64,000 nt of DNA from Eledone cirrhosa (Eukaryota), in contig OZ024740.1 of the NCBI GenBank assembly GCA_964016885.1, positions 224,750,001 to 224,814,000 on the forward strand. Reading direction: 5' to 3'. Below are positions 1 to 11,992 of the stretch, piece after piece; position 1 is the stretch's first letter; the number at the start of each line of letters is the position of its first letter. The position numbers and the translations under genes are program-made. The notes under the pieces are model-generated. The model was not told the DNA's origin. It saw only the letters and a program-made list of their open reading frames with translations, and searched no databases.

Positions 1-137
1 ATTAGCCGTCGAAACGACTTGAGCTCAGCCGTCGGGGTCCTACTCGTTCCTATTATCCACTCAACCACTCAACTACCCTAAGTATTGAGTACTTTGGTGC
101 GTTATGGTCCACCTGGTTCCTTCCCACATTTCCTTCG

Positions 138-139
<2 letters not shown>
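1..139 (+). mobile_element. Short repeat (probable Penelope-like pLTR fragment) carrying the 3' half of a hammerhead motif; copy 1, cut by the window edge
   Basis: Near-identical to 1123-1254. Contains GAAA-CGACT-TGAGCTC-AGCCG-TC-GGGGTC and ends in (TA)n. Confidence 0.6.
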
Positions 140-180
<41 letters not shown>

Positions 181-396
181 GTATAGGATTATCCTAGATG
201 TAGTAATGGTTAATTACTACACTGGAAATGGTTGACGTACGGTGAGAGGTTACTTAACGAGTTATGGAAGAATTGTTGAAGAAACTTAGTTCCTGATCCT
301 TCTGTATTCCGGAGTGTAGATAAAGAATGAATTGGAGAAGATAGCTTCTCCAATAACCTCACTTAAGGGTATTTATATTGTACATTTTAACCATTC

Positions 397-508
397 TGCT
401 CTGATGATACAGTGGTCACAGCATTTGATATTTGAGTTCTGCAAATATTTGATAATTTGCACATAGCATAACTACGCTGTACTACCACCGTAGAAACATT
501 TGTAAGCA
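397..508 (+). ncRNA. Type I hammerhead ribozyme with extended stem II
   Basis: Stem I TGCT(397-400)/AGCA(505-508); core CTGATGA 401-407; stem II TACAGTGGT..ACAGC / GCTGT..ACCACCGTA; GAAA 493-496; short stem III ACA-TT-TGT; GUA cleavage triplet 502-504; AATAAA at 514-519. Confidence 0.8.
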
Positions 509-556
509 CACGGAATAAATTACCTTTTTTATGATGTCTACCTGTTATTATTCATT

Positions 557-1509
<953 letters not shown>

Positions 1510-1511
1510 GT

Positions 1512-1728
1512 GAAGGCGCGTGGCTGAGTTGTTAGAGAATTAGATTCGCAATTGTGAGGTTGTGAGTTCGATTCCTGGACCGGGCGATGCGTTATGTCCT
1601 TGAGCAAGACACTTTATTTCACGTTGCTCCTTCTACCTGGAGTTGCGACCGATAGATAGTATTAGCAATTAGAAAGACCAACGGAAACATTGTTTCCTCG
1701 GTCCGATTTGACGGAAGTCGATCGACTG

Positions 1729-1731
<3 letters not shown>
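1512..1731 (+). mobile_element. tRNA-derived SINE (Meta/CORE-like central motif), body family 1
   Basis: A-box-like TGGCTGAGTTG, B-box GTTCGATTCC (1566-1575), then TCCTTGAGCAAGACACTTTATTTCAC. Body shared with 20746-20970 and 53091-53286. Confidence 0.8.
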
Positions 1732-1774
<43 letters not shown>

Positions 1775-1851
1775 TATATGTATACACATATATATATATA
1801 TACACATATATATATATATATATACACACACATATATATATATACACACAC

Positions 1852-1933
<82 letters not shown>

Positions 1934-1953
1934 ATATATATATATATATATAC
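1732..1953. repeat. (TA)n compound microsatellite
   Basis: Direct reading. Confidence 0.97.
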
Positions 1954-2448
1954 AGTAGCACAGACTCCACTACAGCAATGAAGAGGCGGATTTTCAGGTC
2001 TTTACGAAGGTCCGACTTCCACACCCATTTCAAGCTGTGGCACGACGCCCAGGCTTTGCCCTTCCTCTCAATCACATCATCTTGCCTATTCGCAATATTT
2101 GCTCCCAAATACAGGAAGCCCTCAATCAATTCTAGCGGCTTCCCGCCTACATTAGTGATCCCCTCTGGCTTCTCAACATTCTCTACCAGATATTTTGTTT
2201 TAGTCTCACAGAGGAGACTGAGGTTAGCTGGACATGCTCACCGACATCCAGAGTTGACATTTCACTTAGTGCTCATGTGGGAGCCCCTACATGGACACAC
2301 TAGAAGAGGAAAACCAAGGTTGACGTATGTTGATGCCCTAAGGACAGACACTGGTCAGTTGGAGACGCAGGACATGGCAGCGATAATGAGGGACAGAGAA
2401 CGCTGGAGAGAACTCGTCCAAGGATCTCGGGAATTTTACACGCCTTAG
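1953..2448 (+). mobile_element. 5'-truncated RTE-clade LINE (family A) with inverted 5' segment
   Basis: 1953-2207 on the minus strand encodes FLYLGA...[15 protein letters not shown] and matches 48272-48382. 2204-2448 on the plus strand encodes the RTE C-terminus QRRLRLAGH...[11 protein letters not shown]...RERWRELV. (TA)n on both flanks. Confidence 0.85.
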
Positions 2449-2481
<33 letters not shown>

Positions 2482-2515
2482 CATATGTGTGTGTATATAT
2501 ATGTATATATATATA

Positions 2516-2550
<35 letters not shown>

Positions 2551-2584
2551 GATTTATGATATATATATATATATATATGATTTA

Positions 2585-2660
<76 letters not shown>

Positions 2661-2665
2661 GTGTG

Positions 2666-2712
<47 letters not shown>
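2449..2712. repeat. (TA)n compound microsatellite
   Basis: Direct reading. Confidence 0.97.
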
Positions 2713-2715
<3 letters not shown>

Positions 2716-2891
2716 GATAAATATGTACAATATGCATACCAATTCTAACACATATATGTCCTAGAAACGATCGTTAAATAATGAACTTTTTTTGTTTAAT
2801 ATAAGGAACTGTTTCATTGTTTTATTCATTATTTTTTTAACATTTTATATATATATATATATTATTAATAATAATATTAATAATAATAATG

Positions 2892-3023
2892 TCCGTTTAC
2901 AATTGTTTCGCTACTCCATATTATATTTCTGGATCAGATGACTATATATCATAATTGATCTGGTTCAGTTAAAAATAATTAACATATTTAAATGACAGAG
3001 CGGCTCATCGGAACTTCAAAGGA
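2892..3023 (-). ncRNA. Type I hammerhead ribozyme, core variant CCGATGA, long stem II
   Basis: Minus strand: TCC-(bulge)-GTT, CCGATGA (3011-3005), stem II GCCGCTC/GAGTAGC, GAAA (2909-2906), palindromic stem III ACAATTGT, GUA site, AAC-GGA. Lies 3' of the Penelope-like GIY-YIG on the same strand. Confidence 0.72.
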
Positions 3024-3040
3024 ATATAAATTAAAATAAT

Positions 3041-3153
3041 TGTTTCTATTTTAGGCACAAGGCCAGCAATTATCCAGTACATTACTGGTACTTTTATTTT
3101 ATCGACCCCGTAAGGATGAAAGGTAAAGTTAACCTCGGCGGGATTTGAACTCA
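3041..3153 (-). mobile_element. 5'-truncated Nin/Deu-domain SINE with 19-bp TSD
   Basis: Reverse complement contains CTTTCATCCTTACGGGGTCGATAAAATAAAAGTACCAG. Flanked by GAATATAAATTAAAATAAT at 3022-3040 and 3154-3172. Confidence 0.85.
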
Positions 3154-3172
3154 GAATATAAATTAAAATAAT

Positions 3173-4610
3173 GAGAGAATGTTACATAATATAATGTTCC
3201 AAATATTGGTTTTTACTATGGTGTCTTGGTTGCATCAGTTGTCAGCCATAATCAAGCAGTATTCATCTGTCGAGGCTGCATTGTGTGAGATCTGCCTATG
3301 GGTAACAAGATGGCTGCCAAAGGGCATATTTACCTTACTAATTAGAGGGTGGTTTCAGGGGAAGTAACTCCTCGAGAGATTAGAAATTGTGGGTGTTCAT
3401 AGTTAAGTGCTAATTTTTAAATGTTTTTAATTGAGAGACAATGTAGGGGAGGGAACTTATAGTTATTAAAGTTGTTCATAGCAATTTAACTTATTAGCTA
3501 CTAGTAAAAATGGGGTTACATGACTAAGTTGAGTCAAATATTCTATTGGCGAAGGAATTAGGCCTTCGATGTTGACAGCTAATAGTTACCTCCGTTCTAT
3601 CGTTAATCGGTAGAGGTTGTGATGGAGTTATGTAATATGCTTCCGTAATACAGAGATCACAAGATTTTCTTCGTCCATTGAACGGTTGGGCCCTAGCCAC
3701 GATATCCCATTTTAGTGATTGTTGAACGTTGTTTAATTTTAGGTTTTTAAGGAGCCTAGCTAGCGATGTCGAACCTCTGTTGCTAGAGTCTAGGAAGGAA
3801 AAAGAGTGCGCGTTATAGCGTACCTTAAAAGATTTAGAGGTAGACCCGATATAAAAGCTTGTATTCGAAGCAGTTTTAACCGTGCACCTATAGACTATGT
3901 TGGGTGTCAGGCAGTGTCCATTTGATGGGCATGCATTGGGGTAACGGCAGTTGCAGTTGCTTCTGCGGTTAGTGAGAGTAGGGTAGTTTAACCTAAGCGG
4001 TAGGTCCGTGCTAGTAGGATTAGATGGGGGAGGTGTGCTACTAGAGTAATTATTGGTGTAGTGGCGTGTTGTATTTCATAGGGGCGGTGGTACCGCGGTG
4101 TGGGAGTTATACTGTCTTAGCTTATGATGGTTACTGAATGCGATGTGGCTAGCTAGGTTAGGTGTTGTGGAGAATGAGATTTTAATGTGATTTTTATTAA
4201 AGAGTTTGTAATATCTATGGTAGGGGGGAGGGGGTTAGATAGGATAGAGAAGAAGCGTTTGGGGATATTAGTGTCTAGATTAGATGAGAATGGGGGGTTA
4301 AGCCAGGTGATATTTCTCGGTCTATTTCTTCTAGGGGTTCTAGTGGAGTTGGTAGGGGCCTTCCTAGGGTTATTATTACCTGGGGATTTGTTATTTGTCA
4401 TCCCATTTCTCATTCCTATTCTAGGGTTGATTTTTAGTTTGCTACTTCGAGTGAGGAGCAGGCCGCTGCCACCATTAAAGTTCCCTGTATAGCTGCTGTT
4501 ACTGCTAAAATCGCGGCGAATCTGGCTATATGCTAAGGTATTTCTAGTTCTAGTGTTAAGTTAATTATGGTGAATTGCTGTGTTATGGCATTTAGGTATG
4601 TAATAAATTG
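3173..4610 (-). mobile_element. Penelope-like retroelement, 3' part (linker plus GIY-YIG endonuclease), decayed
   Basis: Minus-strand translation: RNITWLNPPFSSNLDTNIPKRF (ORF 4153-4413), then CNCRYPNACPSNGHCLTPNIVYRCTV...FYIGSTSKSFKVRYNAH...WDIVARAQPFNGRRKSCDLCITE (about 3640-3960). This is the GIY-YIG pattern of PLEs. Confidence 0.85.
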
Positions 4611-5350
4611 ATTGTTCATAAACAGATCCAGAAAGAGCCTTATTATAATATTGAGCGTGGTTTTTACACTAATAATTGTAAATTATTTCTATTTCTTTAA
4701 TACATATACATGCACAATTATTAATCTATATAGATATTTATATACTTACAACATATTGCAATATAATAAGATAAAATCTACTTACAACCATAATTCTTCA
4801 TATAATCTAATTGATTATATATACAATATTATAACTCATAATATAGCTAAATAAATTTAAATTCTGGAATCATATTCCACCATTACCGCAAATTGTTAAT
4901 TCCTTTTAAATTAACGTAAATACGAGCTCTTCTTTCTTTTTTCTTCTTCCTACTCATACATACATATATCCTAATTATTTAAATTCTGCATAGCATCTAA
5001 AATAACGTTTTTTCAGCCCTATAACTCAACCTCATTTGAATACTCATCTTAATAATTTGAAATATCTGACTTTTCTTCTCTTTTCCCTTCACTATCCAAG
5101 AAAACTTGAACCGTTAAGGTATCTTTTGTTGGTTATGTCAAAATTCATAAAACAAACTTCGTATTGTATGTGATGAAAGCGTACCAAAGTTCTGGTACCC
5201 TTGAAATATATATAATAGAGTAAATATGGTTTTATAAATATAGTTTCCATTATATATCATTGAATATTTTACACCAGAAAACTTGTCGAGTGCTCTGAAT
5301 CAGTTATAAACATTTATATTTGTTGAATTACCAACAAATTGAATATCCCT
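4610..5350 (+). mobile_element. Probable 3' end/pLTR of another Penelope-like element
   Basis: A/T/C-rich stretch ending in a degenerate hammerhead (5163-5221), then (TA)n. Composition resembles the minus strand of 44200-45340. Confidence 0.4.
5163..5221 (+). ncRNA. Degenerate type I hammerhead (GTGATGA core)
   Basis: ATTGTAT-GTGATGA-AAGCGTACCA/TGGTACCCTT-GAAA-TATATA-TA-ATAGAGT. Core C3 is mutated to G. Confidence 0.6.
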
Positions 5351-5354
5351 TTTG

Positions 5355-5394
<40 letters not shown>

Positions 5395-5396
<2 letters not shown>

Positions 5397-6269
5397 AATA
5401 AAAGGCAGAGTTAATATATATATATATGGAGTATGCATGGGGAATTGGGTAGTTAGATATAGGGGTCTATATATTTATATACTCACATACATGCATATAT
5501 GTATATATGTATACCCCTATATTTAAATACCCAATTCCCCATGCATACCCCACCAATCCTTAATCCATACTATAAAGTGTCCATCCTGAAGCAGCAAGAA
5601 TAAGCACCCAGTCCACATTGTAAAGTGGTCATGTAGGTATCACAACAAAAAATACCCACCACACACTCTAAATCTGGTTGGTATTAGGAAGGGCATCCAA
5701 CACTACATACCAAGCCCAAATCAGTTCAGTGTAAGCAAAATATGATCTCCCTCTACCTGGCTGTCTCACAATAGGACAATATATATGTGTGTGTGTGTGA
5801 GTGTATGTGTGTGTATGTATGTGTATGTACGTATATATCATCATCATCATCATTGATTAATGTCCATTTCCCACTCTGACATGGAATAGACTAATTGTCC
5901 TATTGTGAGACAGCCAGGTAGAGCGAGATCATATTTTGCTTACACTGAACTGATTTGGGCTTGGTATATTGTGTTGGATGCCCTTCCATATGCCAACCAG
6001 ATTTAGAGTGTGTGGTGGGTATTTTTGTTGTGATACCTACATGACCACTTTACAATGTGGACTGGGTGCTTATTGTTGTTACTTCAGGATGGACACTTTA
6101 TAGTATGGATTAAGGATTGGTGGGGTATGCATGAGGATTGGGTAGTTAAATATAGGGGTATACATATATGCACGTATGTGAGTATATAAATATATAGACC
6201 CCTATATCTAACTACCCAATTCCCCATGCATACTCCATATATATATATATATTAACTCTGCCTTTTATT

Positions 6270-6271
<2 letters not shown>
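5395..6271. repeat. Long inverted duplication, arms about 385 bp (5395-5780 / 5894-6271), containing RTE-tail/SINE sequence
   Basis: The arms are reverse complements with few mismatches. The spacer holds (TG)n, (CAT)n and an RTE-type tail. Both outer ends abut (TA)n. Confidence 0.92.
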
Positions 6272-6317
<46 letters not shown>

Positions 6318-6578
6318 AAGTTATGTAAGGTTAAACTTTGTTTGTGTGAATCAATGAGCTAACAAATAAACAAGTAAGATTGCTTACCAAAGTATGTGTT
6401 CTCTTTGCAGGAGGTACAGTAATAATCCAAGATGAGAGTTCAATGTACAGTATCCAGATGGAAAATCACGGAGTAATTATAAATCTAAAGGTATAGGAAA
6501 AACAAACAACTAGGCATGAAGTAAAGATGTAGAGGTTTGTTTTTCCTATACCTTTAAATTTTTATATATATATATATA

Positions 6579-6633
6579 CCATCTAATCCATGCTCCGTCT
6601 AACCCATGGTAGTGTGGAAGATAGACGTTAAAC

Positions 6634-6669
<36 letters not shown>
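6579..6669 (+). mobile_element. RTE-type 3' tail with (GAT)n
   Basis: AACCCATGGTAGTGTGGAAGATAGACGTTAAACGATGATG, same tail as 49015-49056. Confidence 0.7.
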
Positions 6670-7189
6670 ATATGCACACATATAATTCTCTACAGATATG
6701 GGTATATATTCTGATGATGATGGTTAAGATAATGATGAGAAATATCATCAACATGAACATCCAATGACATTTACTCAGTGGGAATGGCAAACATGTTACA
6801 GGCTGAAGACTACATATTACACTGAAATCAATTATAATGGTTATCAACTCAATATTTATCCATATATTTAATCTAAAAAGTATTTCAAAGTTTGCTTATA
6901 TCATATATAACATATCACATATTTCAAAGTTAATATATATCATTCATCTGTGTATGTTTCATTTTCACAGTTTTTCTGGTAGATTATAAATATAAATACT
7001 TCACCTCAAATCATTTACTTATATACATACTGGTTGTCTGCTTGATACAAAACTTGACCAATTCAGTATATAAGATCTTATATGGATTTTTTAAACAGAT
7101 GTACTATTAAAAAGCCATCCACATAAATTACACATTAGTCTTGATGCAGTGTGAACTTATATCCATATATATGATCATAATCGTCACCT

Positions 7190-7421
7190 TTTAACAGTGA
7201 AGAAGTGCCATGAAGTCCCAGTGGAGGGAAGACACAGTAGAGGTAGACCACAAAAAACATGGGCAGAAGTGGTGAGAGCAGACCTCAGATCACTGAAACT
7301 CACGAAGGAGATGATAAAGGACCATGAAAAGTGAAGAGATGCTGTGCTGAATAGGACCCATCCAACACTGGCAAGCAGGGAAAAGCGAATAAAAAATGAT
7401 GATGATGATGATGATGATGAT
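7190..7421 (+). mobile_element. RTE LINE 3' end fragment
   Basis: VKKCHEVPVEGRHSRGRPQKTWAEVVRADL (RGRP..W motif), followed by a (GAT)n tail. Confidence 0.75.
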
Positions 7422-8222
7422 ATGGTGGCTGCCAACTCGTTTTCGAGTACGGCCACTACTTTATATCCATGTAGGAGAACCCCTACCGATGCACTGAACG
7501 AGTGTGACTTTTTAGTCCAGCCAGCGACTTGAAAACTCTGGTACAAACACTACACTTGTGACAATTATTGACACATAGTGCTGGGCCCATGGTACCATGT
7601 GACGACAAGTGCAGAGAGATCTCCAGATATAAAGCAATGCCTGTGCCGTGAAGCTTTTATAGTGAGCAAAGGCACTGCACAAAGCCAGTCCCACTCTCTT
7701 AACCAAGATGATATTTACCAAAAAGAAGAACATGTCAACATCATTGGATACCATCAGGATTGCAGGTGTTATATCAGAGTTTTACTTCTCCTAGAATTCT
7801 GCCTTGACAAAGGCTAAGGGGTTATCTCTCCCGGTGATTTTGGATGGCCATTGACTCTTAAGAGCTCCTTTGCCCCTTGACAGGTTTTGTTTTTAGTCCT
7901 GCAGGATGTCCAAAGTCACTCTTCTCACCAAGAAACATTGGTGGGGTTGCCAGTTTAGGCGCCAACGACCCGACCATGAGACAGGTTGTACTGGGATACA
8001 TGATGATGATATATATATATATATAGATACATACACATATATATCCATATGTGGTTGGCAGCTGAGAGAAAATAGTACTCAAAATCATCTTCTTAACACA
8101 GCTATTGCCACTGCCAACCTGTCCACCCTATCTTAATTATCTCTCCTTAATTAAGCCCCACTTCCTTGAGTTTTTCTTTATCTATACTATGTCTGCTATT
8201 GAAACATTAGTTCTTGCTTGCT

Positions 8223-8341
8223 GACCCTGTGATAAACAGGTGAAACCCCACAGTAACAAGACTCATTATTTACCCTTTATAAAATGATTATATGTAGTCT
8301 TGAACGAACTGTTGAAATGGCAAGATCTCAGCCATCAGGTC
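8223..8341 (+). ncRNA. Degenerate type I hammerhead of the 1-139 repeat family
   Basis: GACC-CTGTGA (1-nt deletion in CTGATGA)-AACAG..CAAGACT/AGTCTTG..CTGTT-GAAA-TGGC-AAGATCTCA-GCCA-TC-AGGTC. The downstream ACTCTACTAC..AAGTA.CGAGTACT is shared with 1181-1206. Confidence 0.55.
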
Positions 8342-8529
8342 TTGCCTCTTTGTAATATAAACCATACTCTACTACTCCAAGTATCGAGTACTCCATTGAA
8401 TTCTAACTAGTTTCAAACAGAATTCATCCTGATTTATCTCTTTTACTCTTTTACCTGTTTCAGCTATCCAGCTGGGCCACTACCCTTGTTGCTACACGTT
8501 CTATCTCCATTGGCGTAAGAGAGAGTACG

Positions 8530-9058
8530 TTGTTGCTGCCCTTAGGTTACCCTCGTTCCATGCTGTGACCTTATCTGGGCTCCTGGATAGCAGAGTATCA
8601 AGATGTTTCTTGAAAACATCTCCGTCCACACCATGCAGATCTTGCAAATTTCTTGGTAGCTTGTTGAAGAGTTGAGGGCCTTTGAACCCTAGGCTATTGC
8701 AATATCTGCTCCTTATTCTAGATGTAAAAGATGAAACTTTTGCACTACACAGTGACGTTCTGTTTGGGGGATTGTGGTGCTAGTCCCTCCAGGATCTTTC
8801 ATATGTATATCAAGGTGTATCTCTCCTGCCTTCGTTCCCAAGAGTAGAGTTTCAGTTCTTTTAGCCTGTCCCAGTAGCTCATCTTCTTCATTGTGGAAAT
8901 TCTATTGGTGTAGCTTCATTGGATTGCTTCAAGCTCTGTGGTTAGGTTGACACTATGGGGAGACCACCATTGGGACAACAGTCCAATCGGCTTAGGACAA
9001 ATGTACACCATAGTATCAACATGGTCTCTCAGTCTCTTGTCTGGAAAGTCCTCAAGAT
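8530..9058 (-). mobile_element. CR1-clade LINE 3' fragment
   Basis: Minus translation ELEAIQ..KMSYWDRLKELKLYSWERRQERY (CR1 LYSLERRR motif). Confidence 0.75.
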
Positions 9059-9269
9059 CCATATATATATATATATACTTATATATTGCTCTCTACTCCT
9101 ACATACACAATCATGTTCCTTGCCCAGCCCATGCCAGGCTCTTCTAGGCCAGTTGCAATACATGACACTTCTATTTCCATGGTGGTACGACCCTCCTCCC
9201 ACTTCCATTCATGAAACTTAGTGATTTGACCATGATACAAATGCACCCAGCTATCTCTGTAAAGTGATC

Positions 9270-9610
9270 ATGCTGGTACCATGATAAAAAATCATCTACT
9301 CTGCTCTGTAAGCTGGTATTATTGGTGCCATAATAAAAGCAACAAGTCTATCTTGTAAGGTGGGAGAGCTGGTGCCACAGCAAAAAAAAACACCCAGTCC
9401 ACACTGCATGGTGGTGGTCCTGGAGTCATGATTAAATGCTTCCAGTACATGCTGTAAAGTTATTGGTGTTAGCAAGGGCATCCAGCTGTAGAAGCCAATC
9501 CAAAAACGGAGCATACCGGCATGATATAGTCACATGACTAGTATAGCCTCAATACATGACAACCTATCCAATCCAAGAAAGCATTGAATATAGATAATAA
9601 ATGTTGATAA
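9270..9610 (+). mobile_element. RTE-tail-related repeat with tandem GGTGCC..AAAAGCACCCAG modules
   Basis: GGTGTTAGCAAGGGCATCCAGCTGTAGAA motif shared with SINE and RTE tails elsewhere in the window. Confidence 0.6.
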
Positions 9611-9654
9611 TATGAACTGAGATGTATATAATAAATATAATAAATATAATAAAT

Positions 9655-10290
9655 ATGATCTGTCATCTGGTGGTCCCTAAGGAAACTAGGTGTTGAGGAA
9701 TGGCTTGTGAGGACAGTGCAAACTTTGTACAGAGGTACTGTCAGTAGATTCAGGATAGGAATGGAGTTTAGTGAGGAATTCCAGATACAAGTAGGAGTAC
9801 ATCAAGGTTCGGTCCTCAGCCCGCTCTTGTTCATTATAGTCCTCCAAGCCATAACAGAGGAGTTTAAGACTGGCTGTCCATGGGAACTTCTCTATGTTGA
9901 TGATCTGCTTCTTATAGCAGAATAAGTAGAGGAGCTAGAGAATAAATTCTGGCTATGAAAACAGCAGTTGGAAGCAAGAGGACTAAGAGTGAACCTAGCT
10001 AAGACAAAAATGTTGATGAGTAGAAAAAAGGACAAAACTCTGATTCCATCAGGGAAATGGCTATGTTCGATATGCAGAAAAGGAACTAGCATAAATTCTA
10101 TAAAATGCACACAATGCAGATCCTGGATACACAAGAGATGTAGTGGGATAGCAGGTAAACTAACAGGTCGGGAGAAATACGTATGCAGTAGATATACAGG
10201 GAAATTAGACAGTAGAAGTCGCATTGACAAACACATTTTTCAAATGCAGGCAGGTGCTATAAAAGAGAAAAGCGGACGTAAAATGATGAT
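9655..10290 (+). mobile_element. RTE LINE fragment (RT domains 3-7 plus Cys-rich insert), internally deleted
   Basis: ORFs 9707-9925 (GVHQGSVLSPLLF...LLYVDDL) and 9968-10300 (GLRVNLAKTK...CSICRKG...CTQC..WIHKRC). Confidence 0.88.
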
Positions 10291-10371
10291 ACACAAATAG
10301 TCACATCTGTAATCTATTGATATTTATGTACCGTTAAATCTATAACCTATGATATATACATATACATACAT

Positions 10372-11992
10372 ATCATCATCATCATCATCGTTTAACGTCT
10401 ATCTTCCACGCTAGCATGGGTTTAGACAGGCATTTTCCCACTTGAGGCAAGATAGGTTGTCTTGTTCGTATAGGACTGTCTGGCGGGTTTTCTACGGCTG
10501 GATATCTTTCCTAACACCAACCATGTTTACAGTGTGGACTTGGAGGTTTTTACTGTGTTACCTACACGGCCACATTGCAGCGTGGACTGTGCGTTTTTTT
10601 GTCGTGACACCTACACGACCTCATTTATTTAGGACTGGATGTTGTTACCAACATAACTTTACATCAAAAGGGGGTGGTGTGGATGGTGTGGGGGTAGTGG
10701 GACGGAGGTGTATATTGGTAAGATGTGCCTACTGACTGTAGGTTTCCCTTTGCACTTAGGCAAGAGGGGTCTTCTGTATTACTGCGTAGCGTCAAAGATC
10801 TCGGTCCAGTAACATTGTCTTGGAGAGGTGTAAGTGTGTGAGGTCGGAATTTATCAAGTCGTTCTAGGTTTTTCTGGGTCTGCCTACTCCGTGGCTACAG
10901 TCTATTTTGATCGCCCTGCACTTTTTTATACAGCTGTCGTCTTTCATGCGCATCACGTGACCATACCAACGTAGTCTTCTCTCGAGTAAACAGCATCTGA
11001 TCCCTCTTATTCCTAATTTCTCACTTAGTTCATTTATGCTTTGCTATTCATGTATATTACTATTACACATCCAATGGAGCATGCATGCTGTTCCTCTCCA
11101 GTCTGTGTATATCCTCTGCACACAATTCCCAAGTCTCACTGCCATGTAACATTGTTGTTCGTATGCAGGCATCATACAGCCTGCTTTCATTTTTAGAGAC
11201 AAACCTTTAGCGGCCAATAGTGGTATAAGCTCTCTGAACTTTTTCCATCCCGTTCTGACTCTAGCTACTGTACTTTCAGAGCACCCTCCCCCACTGCTGA
11301 TTTTGTCACCCAGGTAACGGAAGGTGTCCACTATTTCTATAGAACCATCTGTGCAATGGAATGGGCTAGTATTCTGTGGGCATTTGCTGCTACATATTGC
11401 ACCCGAGCACCGGCCACATATAAAATCTATATTCTTAGTTAGCTTAACTGTGATCCCACTACATCTTGTATGCACGCATACTTTGCATTTGGGACATAAA
11501 ATTGAGTTTCTGCCTACTCCTTTCCTACACACTGAGCATGGCCATTTCCCAGATGGGACCAGTGCCCTACTTTCCTTCCTACATACTAGAACTTTAGTCT
11601 TAGACAGATTAATTTTAAGGCCTTTTGATTCTTCCATGTTTGGAATTTCTTCTCTAGTTCAGCCATTGATTCAGCTATAAGCGTTAGATCATCAGTGTAT
11701 AGGAATTCCCATGGGCAGCCGGTCTTGAACTCCTCTGTTATAGCCTGAAGGGCAATAATAAATAGGAGGAGGCTAAGGACGGAACCCTGTTGAACACCAA
11801 CTTTTACGCTAAACTCTTCACTATATTCGTTGTTAATTCTAACCTTGCTGATTGTTTCCTTTATACATGGCATGTATAACTCTCACAAGCCATTCATCTA
11901 CAGCTAGTTTTCTAAGAGCCCAGCAGATAATGGAGCGGGGGACTCTGTCAAAGGCTTTCTCCAAGTCAACAAAAGCTAAGTATAGGGGTTTA

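Noticed and set aside
1512-1585. tRNA gene-like segments (also 55741, 56168, 60067)
   Set aside because: Each continues into a SINE body and lacks a complete cloverleaf; these are SINE heads.
7760-7990. Possible HDV-like ribozyme in an RTE-like 5' leader on the minus strand
   Set aside because: The P1-P4 nested pseudoknot could not be assigned by eye; too degenerate to claim.
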